Origin: an uncultured delta proteobacterium
Lineage (GTDB): Bacteria > Myxococcota > Myxococcia > Myxococcales > Myxococcaceae
Length of the DNA: 64,000 nt
Direction: 5' to 3'
Assembly: GCA_963776345.1 (NCBI GenBank)
Contig: CAVZMH010000003.1
Coordinates: 32,001-96,000 of the forward strand
Below the pieces are notes generated by a model. It saw only the letters and a list, made by a program, of their open reading frames with translations, did not search any database and was not told the DNA's origin. Positions 1 to 11,344 of this stretch are shown in pieces (position 1 is the stretch's first letter; each line of letters starts with the position of its first letter). The translations under genes were made by a program, and so were the position numbers.

Positions 1-101
1 CAGCGGAGGCAGTGCTGCCCGTCGCCGGTCCGCTCGCGGACGTACCCCGCGTCCGCCTGCCCGAGCGCCAGCGCCGCGCCGAGCAGGAGGGCGACGGTCA
101 T
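1..101 (-). CDS. 5' end of a probable second myxosortase-dependent metalloprotease, running off the window edge
   Basis: ATG at 101-99 overlaps the TGA of 98..616 (ATGA). It reads MTVALLLGAALALGQADAGYVRERTGDG, then HCLRW after a 1-nt shift, paralleling the GQ..YVRTKTNDGAHCFRW start of 620..1550. Confidence 0.55.
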   Translation of the reverse strand, partial: MTVALLLGAALALGQADAGYVRERTGDGQHCLR

Positions 102-616
102 CGGGCGGCCTGGACGGCCTCGCGGAGCTGGGGCAGCGGCATCGCCCGGCGGGCCGCGGGCGCTGCCCCGGGCGGGGGAACCAGCTCCAGCCCCTCGACC
201 GACGCCGGGACGGCCTGCCGCGCCCCAGCGGCGCTCGAGACTCGGTACACGCCCTGGGCGAGACCGACCACCCGGTGGTTCGGCCCGGCTCGCTCGAGGA
301 ACAGCACCACCTCCTCGCCGGCGCCGAGGTCGGCCACGCCGGAGACGCGCTGGCCAATGCCGTCGAGCTCCCCGCCCGGCTGGAGCACGGTGATGCGGCC
401 GGCGGCGCTGCCCTTCCAGGTCTCGAGGACCTCGACCTCCACCCGGGTCACGATCCGGCGATGGTCTCCGGTCCAGGCGGGGGTGGAGGCGAGCACCTTG
501 CCTCGCACCACGTCGGTGGCCTGGGCGGTCAAGGCGGGGACGTCCATCTGCAGGGCGGTGCTGGCCAGGGCCGGAGCAGCGACGCCGAGGAGGAGCGCGA
601 GGACGAGGGGCTTCAT
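98..616 (-). CDS. Secreted hypothetical protein between two metalloprotease genes
   Basis: 172-aa ORF with a signal peptide (MKPLVLALLLGVAAPALA) and beta-rich motifs VVRGKV, ETWKG, QPGG. Confidence 0.8.
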   Translation of the reverse strand: MKPLVLALLLGVAAPALASTALQMDVPALTAQATDVVRGKVLASTPAWTGDHRRIVTRVEVEVLETWKGSAAGRITVLQPGGELDGIGQRVSGVADLGAGEEVVLFLERAGPNHRVVGLAQGVYRVSSAAGARQAVPASVEGLELVPPPGAAPAARRAMPLPQLREAVQAAR

Positions 617-619
617 CGG

Positions 620-1550
620 TCAGGAGCCTAGTTCGGCCGGGACGGGCTGGAAGAGCCGGAAACGACTCGGGACACCTCGGCGGCGGCGCGTTGCAAGGGC
701 CAGGAGCAGCAGTCGCCGCCCCGGGCGCGAGGCCGCCCGCGCTCCCGGCGCTGCTGCAACCCGAGGTGCTGCCCGTCCCCGAGTCCGGGGCGCAGTCGAT
801 GGACGCGCGCCCCTGGGGATAGACGTCGCAGACGAACTGCTTGCTCCCGGAGTCCAGCACCCGCTTGGCGGTCTCGCCCAGCGGCTCGCTGGCGAACATC
901 GTCGAGGCCGCGTCCGGCGAGTGGGCCAGCCCGAGGACGTGCCCGAGCTCGTGGGTCATCGCGTTCTGGACGTCGTTCGCCACGCAGCTGGTGGAGATGG
1001 CGCCCGGCGAGCACGGGGGGGAATCCACCACCGTGGGGGTCGCCGCGGCGGCGTTCAGCTCCACGTCCGCGTCGAGCAGCACCCCGGTGGCCACCGCGTA
1101 GGTCGTGGTGGTGAGCGCCACGACGCTGGCCGAGTGGTCCCAGCAGTCGTAGGTGTCGCCGCAGCTGCCCGCGGCCAGGCACGGGTCTCCGGGCGGGACG
1201 ACCGCGGAGCACAGGCGCGTCCGGAACAGCACCAGGTTCTCGTTGGGGCCGCTCGCGGCGTAACCGACGGACCGCGAGGCGGAGCGCGCGTCCTCGGCGA
1301 GGTCGAGGTTGCCGCAGGCCTGGAGCTGGGCCTCCCAGGTCTGGCCCGAGCGGGAGACCGCGTCGAACGCTCCGGCGCCCAGACCCGGGGCGCCGGCGGT
1401 GCTCTGGGCGAAGCTCACCCGCCCCCGGGTGCCGGCGCTGACCGACCACCGGAAGCAGTGCGCTCCGTCGTTGGTCTTGGTCCGGACGTACTGGGGCGCG
1501 CTCTGGCCGAGCAGCAGCCCGGAGAGGAGGGCGGCGGCGATGGGTCTCAT
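620..1550 (-). CDS. Myxosortase-dependent M10/matrixin-type zinc metalloprotease with MYXO-CTERM tail; 1-nt frameshift near 713
   Basis: Not in the ORF track. My translation from the ATG at 1550 gives MRPIAAALLSGLLLGQSAPQYVRTKT...DVQNAMTHELGHVLGLAHS (HExxHxxGxxH) and STMFA (Met-turn), then GCSSAG, and after a shift LLLLALATRRRR ending at TGA 622-620. Confidence 0.85.
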
Positions 1551-1714
1551 CGCGCGACCTGGCCCCACCCCTCACGGGCGGCGCAACGGCGTGGCGTCGG
1601 TGGCGACGACCCGGCGGCGGGAGCCGCCGAACCCCCCGGAAGCACGGCGGAAGCCGCCCTTGGCGGCCTCGATGTCAGAGCGGCGAGGGGCAATGTCAGC
1701 ATCAGGAGTCCGCC

Positions 1715-1930
1715 GTGGCAGCGATCCAGATGACCGTCGTCGCCCAGTCGAGCCGCCCGCCGTTCCGCGCCCGTGGAGAGCTCGAGCCGTCCGCCTTCGT
1801 GCCCAGCGCGGGGATCGACTTCCTCTGCGGCGCCTGCGACCGGGTGGTGCTCCCCCGGGTGGCGCCGAAGTTCGCGCTCGAGCATTCGTTTCCCTGTCCG
1901 CACTGCGGGGCGCTCAACGAGGCGCCCTAG
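1715..1930 (+). CDS. Small zinc-ribbon-like protein
   Basis: AGGAG at 1704-1708 precedes the GTG. Two CxxC pairs: CGAC and CPHC. Confidence 0.6.
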   Translation: MAAIQMTVVAQSSRPPFRARGELEPSAFVPSAGIDFLCGACDRVVLPRVAPKFALEHSFPCPHCGALNEAP

Positions 1931-2301
1931 GCGCGCCGCCGGCGACGGAGCTCGTGCTTCGAAGGCCGACCACGGCGGAGCGTCGCCCCCGCCCGACGCA
2001 ATGTGCTGAGGATGGTGGGAAGGGCGGCCCGGTACTTCTTCGCCAGCTGGGCGCTGGTCGCACCCTTCTCGTACTCCTTCCGGAGCTGCACGGCCTGCGC
2101 GTCGTCGAACTTGGACGGAGCGCCGCGCCGGCCCCCGGTGCGTCCGGACCGGGCCCGCGTCGCGCGCGCGGCGCCCACCCGCACCGCGCCCTGCAGCGCC
2201 CCGGTGATGTTCTGCAGTCGCCGCTCCAGGAACTCGTTGCGCTGGGCGAGTCGCTCGATCTCCCGCGCGAGGTCCCTGAGGAGCCGTCTCAGATCGGTCA
2301 T
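1927..2301 (-). CDS. Small basic putative DNA-binding protein (coiled coil + HTH + AT-hook-like motif)
   Basis: From MTDLRRLLRDLAREIERLAQRNEFLERRL (heptads); then LRKEYEKGATSAQLAKKYRAALPTILSTL (HTH-like) and RRGRPSK. Confidence 0.7.
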   Translation of the reverse strand: MTDLRRLLRDLAREIERLAQRNEFLERRLQNITGALQGAVRVGAARATRARSGRTGGRRGAPSKFDDAQAVQLRKEYEKGATSAQLAKKYRAALPTILSTLRRAGATLRRGRPSKHELRRRRRA

Positions 2302-2458
2302 GGGTACGATCTCGTTCCGTCCGGAATCAAACGTCAATGGGTGAGGGTCGACCGACACAAACATCAACGAATCCGAAGAGAGATGCCAGCCGTGCCGCGC
2401 CATCTTCGCCCGCTCTCCGTCGCGAGCACCAGACCCCGCATGGCCCCCCTGAACAGCG

Positions 2459-4291
2459 CTACTGGGCGTCCTCTTCCACCATGAGCTGGTAGCTGTCCTG
2501 GAAGTTGGACTCCCGGTTCTTCGAGTCCTGCACCTTGAAGAGATAGACGCCCGGGTCGGCGGCGTACCGGATGACCTCCGGCGCATCGCCCTTGGCGCGG
2601 TCCGAGGTCTGGACCAGGGTCAGCGACCCATCGTCGCCCCGCTGGTAGAGGAGCAGCGCCACGTCCACCTTGAGGATGCCGGTGAGCGTCGCCCTCAGGG
2701 CGGTCTTCACCGGACGGTCCGAGAGGTCGAGGCGGAAGAAGTCCGCGTCCCGCTTGGGGTAGATGGTCCCCCGGATGGGCCTGCCGAGTGCGATGGCCGT
2801 CGCCTGGTCCGCGGTGTCGTTCGGCTCGCGCTCCTCGCTGCCGTCGTCGGGGAGGGTGCGGACCGTCAGGCGATAGGGCTGGTCGGGGTTCTCGAACTCC
2901 CGGACCCACTTGCCGTCCACCTTCCGGAGCGCGCCCTCCACCTTGACGAAGCACTCCTTGCTGCAGGCCACGCTGTTCAGCCGCTCGGGCTCCTTCACCG
3001 CGCCGTCGTTGGACCGCTGGAGCACGTGCTCCGTCCCCGGCTTCGCCCCCGGCTCCACCAGCGACAGCTGGAGGTCCAGCTTCTCCACCCCGCTCAGCTC
3101 GAAGCGCACCAGCGAGGGCTGCGGCGGCCGGACGACGTAGTAGTCGACGTCGGTCTTCGGGGTGAGGAAGCCCTCCCGGTAGCCCTCGAGGGGGAGCGGC
3201 GTGGCGTGCGCCAGGTCGTCGTTGGGCTCGTACTCGGCGTTGGCCCCGGCGGCCTCGCGCGAGACGGTCAGGGTGTAGGGATGCTCGGGGTCGAAGCCGC
3301 GCCGGGCCTCCTTCCCCGTGCCGGTCCAGGCGCTCTTCACCACCACGTCGATGACCCGGTCCGTCGCCCGCACCGCGACGTTGCGCTGGGACAGCGGCTG
3401 GCCCTCGGTGCCGCGGGCGGTGAAGAGCGTCGCCTCGGCCTCGGTGAGCACCTGGATCTCGGGCCGCACACCGGCCACGCCGCTCACCTCCAGGCGCAGG
3501 GCGATGCGCGGTGGCTCGGGCACGGCCGGGCCGGCATCCAGGTCGGTCCGGGCGGCCCCGAGCGGCGGCGGCTGGGCGGGGAAGCCCTCCTCGCGCGGCG
3601 GCTCGGCGGGGACCGGTGGCGCCTCGGCCGTGCTCGCCGGACCCGCGTCGGCCGCGCCCGGCTCGGCCAGCCCGGCGTCGGGCCCGGTGTCGAGGACGAT
3701 CCGGAAGTGGTCCTCGTCGCCCGGGGAGCCGTAGAGCCCCTGGACGGTCCAGGAGCCGTTCTGGGGCACGAGCTCGGTCGCATCGGCGTGGCGGTCGTTG
3801 GGCTCGAGCTCCATGCCCGGCCTCGGCTCGCCGTAGCGGACGGACAGGGTGTACGCGCCGCCGCCGCCCTTTCGCACCGCCGAGACGCGGAGGAGCAGCT
3901 TCCCGCGCACGGTCAGGTTGGGGAACCGGGCCGGCTGCCCCTCGCCCTCGGCGCTGACCGCGGCGAGCCGGGTGCGGGTCTCGTCGTAGGCCTCGAGCAG
4001 GACCACCGTCCCCGGGATGCCGCTCACCGTCACCTCCGCCAGCCGCGGCGCCTCGGCGAAGAGGAGGTACCAGTCCTCGTCGGGCCGGGCCGGGGTGCTG
4101 GAGAGGCTCGCCGCCACGTCGGTGCTCTCGCCGATGGGCATCGACTGCTCGGGCCGGTCGTCCGGCTCGACCTCGGCACGCTGCGCCGGCCCGGCGTCCG
4201 GCGCTGGCGGCGGTGGCGCCTCGTGCTTGCGGGGACATCCCGGGAGGACCAGCAGAAGCGACAGGACGGCGAGTGGGCGCGCGGAGCTCAC
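2459..4291 (-). CDS. Lipoprotein with four EPND-led PPC-like beta-sandwich repeats
   Basis: Lipobox-like LLLVLPGC after the GTG at 4291. Repeats EVEPDD, ELEPND, EYEPND, EREPND are each followed by a D.D.Y/F motif. Confidence 0.8.
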   Translation of the reverse strand: MSSARPLAVLSLLLVLPGCPRKHEAPPPPAPDAGPAQRAEVEPDDRPEQSMPIGESTDVAASLSSTPARPDEDWYLLFAEAPRLAEVTVSGIPGTVVLLEAYDETRTRLAAVSAEGEGQPARFPNLTVRGKLLLRVSAVRKGGGGAYTLSVRYGEPRPGMELEPNDRHADATELVPQNGSWTVQGLYGSPGDEDHFRIVLDTGPDAGLAEPGAADAGPASTAEAPPVPAEPPREEGFPAQPPPLGAARTDLDAGPAVPEPPRIALRLEVSGVAGVRPEIQVLTEAEATLFTARGTEGQPLSQRNVAVRATDRVIDVVVKSAWTGTGKEARRGFDPEHPYTLTVSREAAGANAEYEPNDDLAHATPLPLEGYREGFLTPKTDVDYYVVRPPQPSLVRFELSGVEKLDLQLSLVEPGAKPGTEHVLQRSNDGAVKEPERLNSVACSKECFVKVEGALRKVDGKWVREFENPDQPYRLTVRTLPDDGSEEREPNDTADQATAIALGRPIRGTIYPKRDADFFRLDLSDRPVKTALRATLTGILKVDVALLLYQRGDDGSLTLVQTSDRAKGDAPEVIRYAADPGVYLFKVQDSKNRESNFQDSYQLMVEEDAQ

Positions 4292-4382
4292 GGCAGGGGG
4301 ACCTACCACACAGGGGGGCGAGGTCTCGCGAGACTGGAGTGAGGGTGCCCGGGTGGGCGATGCTCGATTCACCGTCTCCGCC

Positions 4383-5216
4383 ATGACCTTCTCCAGCCTG
4401 CTCCTCGAGGTCGTCGTCTCCGCAGTGCCCGGACTCGGCTACGTGCAGGCCACCGACTGGTACGAACACGCGAGCAACCCGGCCCACTTCCAGCCGCTGC
4501 AGCTGGTGGATGGAAATCTGAGGACCGCCTGGTGCTCGTCCAGCGGCGATGCGCAGGCGGACACGCTGGGCTTCGGGCTCGGGGCGGTGGTGGTGGTGGA
4601 CGAGATCCGCGTCGCCACCGGCAACCAGGCGGACACCGCGACCTTCCACGCCTCGGCGCGGCCCCGGAAGTTCGTGCTCCGGACCGCCGGCCGGGCCAGC
4701 ACCTTCTCCGTCGCCGACACCGAGGGCATCCAGACGGTGAAGCTGGACGCACCCCTCCAGGGCCAGGCCTTCTCCCTGGAGGTGCTGGACGTCGAGCCGG
4801 CCGAGGACCCTGCGGCGCCCGCCTGCATCTCGGAGGTGCAGCTCGTCTCGCACGGGAAGCCCGTGCCGCCCCCGAAGAAGTCGCTCCTGAGCTGGAACCC
4901 CGAGCGGGCCCGGCTGCTCGGCGTCTGGTACGCCGGCGACGAGGGCAACCCCGACCAGAGCCTGGCCTTCTTCCTCGACGGCACCTGGCAGCACCGGGCG
5001 GTGGTCTACGACGAGCCCACCCGTCCGAGGACGCTCGGCGGGAAGTGGGGTCTGGACCGGAAGGGGTTGTGGATGAAGGCGCCCGGGTCGGGCAAGGGCC
5101 GCGTCACCCCGGAGCTGGAGACCAAGGCCGACGCGCGCGGGAAGGGACGCACCACGCTGCAGCTGAAGGGGGGCGTTCCCGCCGCCCTGCGGGTGACCTT
5201 CCGCGACAGGAGGTGA
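4383..5216 (+). CDS. Exported protein with a discoidin/F5-8-like carbohydrate-binding domain
   Basis: LVDGNLRTAWC, IRVATGN and ACISEVQL motifs. The start is uncertain. Confidence 0.65.
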   Translation: MTFSSLLLEVVVSAVPGLGYVQATDWYEHASNPAHFQPLQLVDGNLRTAWCSSSGDAQADTLGFGLGAVVVVDEIRVATGNQADTATFHASARPRKFVLRTAGRASTFSVADTEGIQTVKLDAPLQGQAFSLEVLDVEPAEDPAAPACISEVQLVSHGKPVPPPKKSLLSWNPERARLLGVWYAGDEGNPDQSLAFFLDGTWQHRAVVYDEPTRPRTLGGKWGLDRKGLWMKAPGSGKGRVTPELETKADARGKGRTTLQLKGGVPAALRVTFRDRR

Positions 5217-5226
5217 GGGTCGCCGG

Positions 5227-5622
5227 CTACCGGCTGGCGGCGCTCTTCTTCTTCCGCGACGAGAAGCGCTGGAAGAAGTCGACGATCTCCTGCTGGGCCA
5301 CCTTGGCGTCGGGAGCGTCCTTGAACTCCGACTCGAGGAAGATGCCGCCGCAGGACTCGCAGGTGTCGTAGTGCAGGGGGTGCTGCCGATCACCGCCGTC
5401 CACCCGGACCAGGTCCACCTGGCACTCGGGACACTGGCCGGTGAGGGCCTCGGCGTCGACGCGCCCTCCGAGGCTCTCCAGGCCGGGGAGGTTGTTGTGG
5501 AGGAGGAGCCGGTTCAGGTCCGCGACGTCCAGCCACAGTCCGCCGCATTCTCCGCAGCGTCGCAACGTCGTCTCTTCGCCTTCCAACTCGGCCATCTCGA
5601 CGTTGCAGCCGGGGCAATCCAT
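5227..5622 (-). CDS. zf-TFIIB-type tandem zinc-ribbon protein
   Basis: CPGC...CGECGGLWLD and CPEC...CESCGGIFLE. Confidence 0.85.
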   Translation of the reverse strand: MDCPGCNVEMAELEGEETTLRRCGECGGLWLDVADLNRLLLHNNLPGLESLGGRVDAEALTGQCPECQVDLVRVDGGDRQHPLHYDTCESCGGIFLESEFKDAPDAKVAQQEIVDFFQRFSSRKKKSAASR

Positions 5623-5681
5623 GAAGACGCGTCTTCTCCGTGCGGGGGGAGCAATGCTCCGTCGGACAGGTGCAACCCCTG

Positions 5682-5711
5682 AGTCTAAGGCCGGGAATTT
5701 TTATCCTGCAA
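5682..5711 (-). promoter_or_regulatory. Possible sigma70 promoter of the zinc-ribbon gene
   Basis: Minus strand TTGCAG-N18-TAGACT in an AT-rich patch. Confidence 0.35.
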
Positions 5712-5746
5712 CCGGGAGGGACCTGCGCTGAACGGGTTTTCCGTCG

Positions 5747-6989
<1,243 letters not shown>

Positions 6990-7009
<20 letters not shown>

Positions 7010-7904
7010 GCTCGGTTCTCCTGGCTTCCGTGTCCGCCGGGCCGCGGGGGTGTGTCCCGAGGGCCAGCCGATCGTGTCGGGCGAGGTCGCGTTCGATGCG
7101 GACGGAGCCATATCCGGCCGCCTCGAGCAAGGACCGGACCGCCGATCCCTGTCGATCTCCGATCTCCAGGGCCAGGAGCCCGCCCGGCACGAGCCAGCGC
7201 GGGGCCCCGGCGATGATCCGCCGCACGACGTCCAGCCCGTCCTCCCCGCCGTCGAGCGCGAGGGCGGGCTCCCGGCGCACCTCGGCGGAGAGGGTGGGGA
7301 TCTCGCCCCGGGGGACGTACGGCGGGTTGGCGACGACGGCGTCGAAGGCTGGCTCGGCCTCGACCGGGACGAACAGGTCGCCCACCCGGACCTCGAACCG
7401 ATCGGCCGCCCCGAGCGCCGTGGCGTTGGCCAGGGCCACCTCGGCCGCCTCCGGCGAGATCTCGGTGGCCACGACCCGGGCCGCCGGCCGCTCGAGCAGG
7501 AGCGTGATGCCGACGCACCCGGTGCCGCTGCAGAGGTCGAGGAGCCGGAGCTCGCGGTCCCCGGGGAGCACCCGGAGGACGGCCTCCACCAGGAGCTCGG
7601 TCTCGGGGCGGGGGATGAGCACCCGCGGGTCGACCGCGAAGGGCCGCCCGTAGAACTCACGGGTCCCGGTCAGGTACTGCGTCGGCTCGCCCGCCGCGCG
7701 CCGGGCGATGAGCGCGCGGTAGGCGGCGAGCTCGGCGGCCTCCAGCGGCCGGTCGAGGTCGGTGTACAGCCGCACCCGCGAGGTCTGAAGGGTGTGCGCG
7801 AGCAGCAGCTCCGCCGTCAGCCGCGGAGAGTCGAGGCCGAGCTTCTCGAAGTGCTGGGACGTCCAGCCGAGGACCCGGCGCACCGTCCAGGGCGGCTCGC
7901 TCAT
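6990..7904 (-). CDS. prmC: Release factor glutamine N5-methyltransferase
   Basis: [25 protein letters not shown]. Directly downstream of prfA with an ATGA overlap. Confidence 0.95.
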
Positions 7905-8986
7905 GCCTGGGGCTGAGGGCGCGCCGACTCGGCCTTGAGCTGCTCGGCCTGGAAGTAGGTCCGGCAGGCGACGACGATGTCCTCGATGTCCCCGCCCATC
8001 CGCGCCGGGAGGTTGTGCCAGGTCATGCCGATGCGGTGGTCGGTCAGCCGGTCCTGAGGAAAGTTGTAGGTGCGGATCTTCTCGCTCCGGTCGCCGGTGC
8101 CCACCTGGCCGCGGCGGAGCGATTCGCGCTCGGTGGTGATGCGCTCCTGCTCCAGCTCGTAGAGCTTCGCCCGGAGCATCCGCATGGCCATGGTGCGGTT
8201 CTTGGTCTGGCTCTTCTCCTGCTGGCACTTCACCACGATGCCGCTGGGCTTGTGCTTCAGCCGGACCGCCGAGTCGGTGGTGTTCACGCTCTGGCCCCCC
8301 GCGCCCGTGGAGCGCATCACCTCCATCTCGATGTCGGCGGGGTTCAGCTGGACGTCGACCTCCTCGGCCTCGGGCATCACCGCCACGGTGATGGTGGAGG
8401 TGTGGATCCGCCCCTGCGCCTCGGTGGCGGGCACCCGCTGCACCCGGTGGACCCCGGACTCGTACTTCATGGAGGAGTAGACCGCGTCGCCGGAGAGGGT
8501 GACGGTGGCGTCCTTGATGCCGCCCGCGTTGCCCGGGCTCATGTCGACCAGCTCCGCCTTCCAGCCCTTCCGGTCCGCGTAGCGGAGGTACATCTGGAGG
8601 ACCTCGGAGGCGAAGAGCCCCGCCTCGTCACCGCCCGCCCCGGCGCGGATCTCGAGCAGGACGTTCTTCTCGTCGTTGGGGTCCTTGGGGACGAGGAGGA
8701 CCTTGAGCTCGGCCTCGAGCGCGTCGCGGCGCTCCTTGAGCGCCGGGAGCTCCTCCTTGCCCAGGGCCCGCTCGTCCGGGTCGGCGCTCTCCAGCATCCG
8801 CTCGGCCTCGGCGAGGTCCGCCCGCACCGCCTTGAACGCGCGGTACACCGAGACCAGGCGCTCCAGCGAGGAGCGCTCCTTCATCACCTTGGTCAGGCGC
8901 GCGCTGTCCCCCAGCGTCTCGGGGTTCGCGAGGTCCGCCTCGAGCCGGTCGTAGCGCCGCTCGACTTCGTCCAGCTTGTCGATCAT
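7901..8986 (-). CDS. prfA: Peptide chain release factor 1
   Basis: [15 protein letters not shown] (PxT recognition motif), GAGGQ, RTYNFPQ. Confidence 0.97.
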   Translation of the reverse strand: MIDKLDEVERRYDRLEADLANPETLGDSARLTKVMKERSSLERLVSVYRAFKAVRADLAEAERMLESADPDERALGKEELPALKERRDALEAELKVLLVPKDPNDEKNVLLEIRAGAGGDEAGLFASEVLQMYLRYADRKGWKAELVDMSPGNAGGIKDATVTLSGDAVYSSMKYESGVHRVQRVPATEAQGRIHTSTITVAVMPEAEEVDVQLNPADIEMEVMRSTGAGGQSVNTTDSAVRLKHKPSGIVVKCQQEKSQTKNRTMAMRMLRAKLYELEQERITTERESLRRGQVGTGDRSEKIRTYNFPQDRLTDHRIGMTWHNLPARMGGDIEDIVVACRTYFQAEQLKAESARPQPQA

Positions 8987-9223
8987 CTGCCGGGGGAGCC
9001 TCTACCTCGCCCGGGCGGCCCTGCGCCACCCAGGGGCCACCCCTCGGGCCCGTCCCCCGGGGCGGCGACCACCGTCCGTGCCTCGACGTCTCGGCAGACC
9101 GGGGCGCCCCCCTGGAGCAGCGCCCTCGAGAGGGCCCCGGAGTCGGCGGCCGCACGAGCTCCCCGGCGGGCCTGGCCAGGTCCCGGCAGACATGGCGGAT
9201 GGCTCCAGCCGGACGTGCCGGTG

Positions 9224-9249
9224 CGATTTGCATCCGAGAATGCGAATCG
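9224..9249. promoter_or_regulatory. Imperfect inverted repeat; candidate enhancer-binding-protein site
   Basis: CGATTTGCAT-N6-ATGCGAATCG (one mismatch), about 110 bp upstream of a sigma54 box. Confidence 0.5.
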
Positions 9250-9355
9250 GCAACCGCTGCGCAGCGCCGGAACTCGCCAGGTATCGGCGCGCGGGCATTG
9301 CGTGCACATCGCTTCACGACTCCTGATTCGCCAGTCAAGGATTCCGCGATGAAGG

Positions 9356-9371
9356 TGGCGCGGTCCTTGCT
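9356..9371 (+). promoter_or_regulatory. Sigma54 -24/-12 promoter
   Basis: TGGCGCG-GTCC-TTGCT with exact GG-N10-GC spacing; AGGAGG at 9394-9399; ATG at 9407. Confidence 0.75.
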
Positions 9372-9406
9372 CCAAGTCTGGTTATCCCACCACAGGAGGT
9401 CCCGAG

Positions 9407-11236
9407 ATGCGCCTGCACCTCCCCCGAGTTCCCCGCCTGCTGGTCCTCATCCCCGTCGCCGCCGCCCTGACCGCGTGCGGGCCCGCGGGACCTGCTCCCT
9501 CGACGCGCTCCGAGCCGGGCGCCACTGCCCTCGCCACCGCGTCGCCCGACGTGCTCACCCCGGTGCCGGTCCCGACGCCGGAGGGCCCGGCCTACGCCAG
9601 CGGCTTCATCCGGGACGTCGCCGTGGTCTACGAGAACGGAGACGAGCACGCCGAGAACGTGGAGCTCCACCTGCTTCCGTCGAAGCAGATGCTGCTCGCC
9701 TTCCGCGCCGGCGGCACGGGACAGGCCGAGACTGGAACGGCGAAGATCCGGATCTTCCGGTTCGACCCGCTGACCTACGCCGGGACGCTGGCCAGCGACG
9801 TGGCCCCGGCGCCGAGCGACCCGGTGCGGGGAATCCGCGACCCCAAGCTCTTCGAGTGGAACGGCGAGCTCCGGCTCGGAGCCATCTCCCGCCTCTCCGG
9901 ATTTCCCATCCGCGACCTGCTCGCCGACACCCGGACCGTCCTCGCGACCTCGCACGACGAGGGCAGCACCTTCGACGTCCCGGCCCCGGTGGAGCTGAAG
10001 AACACCAGCACGCCGTTCGGGTTCTGGCGCTACGTGGTCCGGCACTCCTTCTTCGGCGGCCACGCGCTCTACGCCACCGGCTACGACGACGGCGACCAGG
10101 AGGCGGCGTACTTCGGGTCGTTCGACGGGGGGAAGACCTTCGTCAAGCTGGGCAGCATCCTGAACGCTCCGGCGCAGGTGCCCAGCGAGGCCGAGCTGAA
10201 CTTCCTCGGCGAGCACGGCGAGGTGGCGGTGTCGCTGGTGCGCCTGGACAACCAGGGGATGCTCGAGGACGGCCAGACCGCGGTCTGCGTCAAGCACGGC
10301 TCGTGGTTCGGCTTCTTCGGGGATTTCGACTGCGGCCGGCGCCTGGAGCAGCGTCTCGATGGTCCGTCGCGGGTCTTCGAGGTGGACGGGCGGACCTTCG
10401 TCGTCGCCCGGAAGCACCTGGCCTGCACCCGGAAGCGGACGGCGATCTACGAGATCCGGGGTGACCTGGCCGACCCGCACAGCCAGATCCGGCTGTTCGA
10501 GGTGGCCGAGCTGCCCTCGAACGGGGACACGTCCTATGCCTCGGTGGCGCCCATCCCCGGGAAGCACGGGCAGTTCGTGGTGGCCTGGTACTCGACGCCG
10601 CTGGGCGTCGACATCCCCTGGCTCCCTGCGCAGTTCGCGCCGAGCTCGATCCTCGCCGCCACGCTCGACTTCCGGAAGTACGACCCGAGCATCGCGGTCA
10701 AGGTCGGACCGGACGCGCGGTGCCCCTCCCAGCCGCTGCCCAAGGCCGCCCGGGCAGACGTCCAGGGGCCGTTCCTCCTGAGCGTCGGCCCGACCTTCTT
10801 CCCCGAGCTGCCGGCGGTGTTCCTCGCGCAGGCGACCACCGATGGGCCGAAGCTCACGCTCGCGCTCCAGGCGGTGGACCAGAACGCGCTGCTCGGGACC
10901 GGGGAGCTGGTTCCGGTGGGCGACCCGTTCGTCGGGACGGGCACGGTCAACGGGAAGGGACGGTTCAGCATCGACTTCGGGGACCCCACCATCCCCTTCG
11001 CGGCGTACCCGCTGGGCACGTCCGGGGACGGAGGGGCCGGCATCACCTTCCTCCTCCGCGGCTTCCGGCTGGACGGGGTGACGACCTCGGGCGACGCCTT
11101 CTGCGGCAACGTCTCGGGGGACGTGGTCGTGCAGGGGGAGGGGATCATCCCGCCCAACACCCGGCTGCTGTTCGAGGGGTCGACGTTCGGCGCGTCACGG
11201 GACCAGGTCGTGACCGCGTGCGCGGCCGGGCCCTGA
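9407..11236 (+). CDS. Lipoprotein with an Asp-box (sialidase-like) beta-propeller and a C-terminal beta domain
   Basis: Lipobox AALTAC; IRDPKL; Asp boxes SHDEGSTF and SFDGGKTF; GDTSYAS. Confidence 0.8.
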   Translation: MRLHLPRVPRLLVLIPVAAALTACGPAGPAPSTRSEPGATALATASPDVLTPVPVPTPEGPAYASGFIRDVAVVYENGDEHAENVELHLLPSKQMLLAFRAGGTGQAETGTAKIRIFRFDPLTYAGTLASDVAPAPSDPVRGIRDPKLFEWNGELRLGAISRLSGFPIRDLLADTRTVLATSHDEGSTFDVPAPVELKNTSTPFGFWRYVVRHSFFGGHALYATGYDDGDQEAAYFGSFDGGKTFVKLGSILNAPAQVPSEAELNFLGEHGEVAVSLVRLDNQGMLEDGQTAVCVKHGSWFGFFGDFDCGRRLEQRLDGPSRVFEVDGRTFVVARKHLACTRKRTAIYEIRGDLADPHSQIRLFEVAELPSNGDTSYASVAPIPGKHGQFVVAWYSTPLGVDIPWLPAQFAPSSILAATLDFRKYDPSIAVKVGPDARCPSQPLPKAARADVQGPFLLSVGPTFFPELPAVFLAQATTDGPKLTLALQAVDQNALLGTGELVPVGDPFVGTGTVNGKGRFSIDFGDPTIPFAAYPLGTSGDGGAGITFLLRGFRLDGVTTSGDAFCGNVSGDVVVQGEGIIPPNTRLLFEGSTFGASRDQVVTACAAGP

Positions 11237-11344
11237 GCCCGGAAGCGGTCTGGCGGCGACTCACGTTGATTCAGTGAGCCGCCAGGGACGCGCCTCGGTG
11301 CTCCGAGGTGCGTCAGGGCCTCGAGCGGGAAGGGGGGTTCGAAC

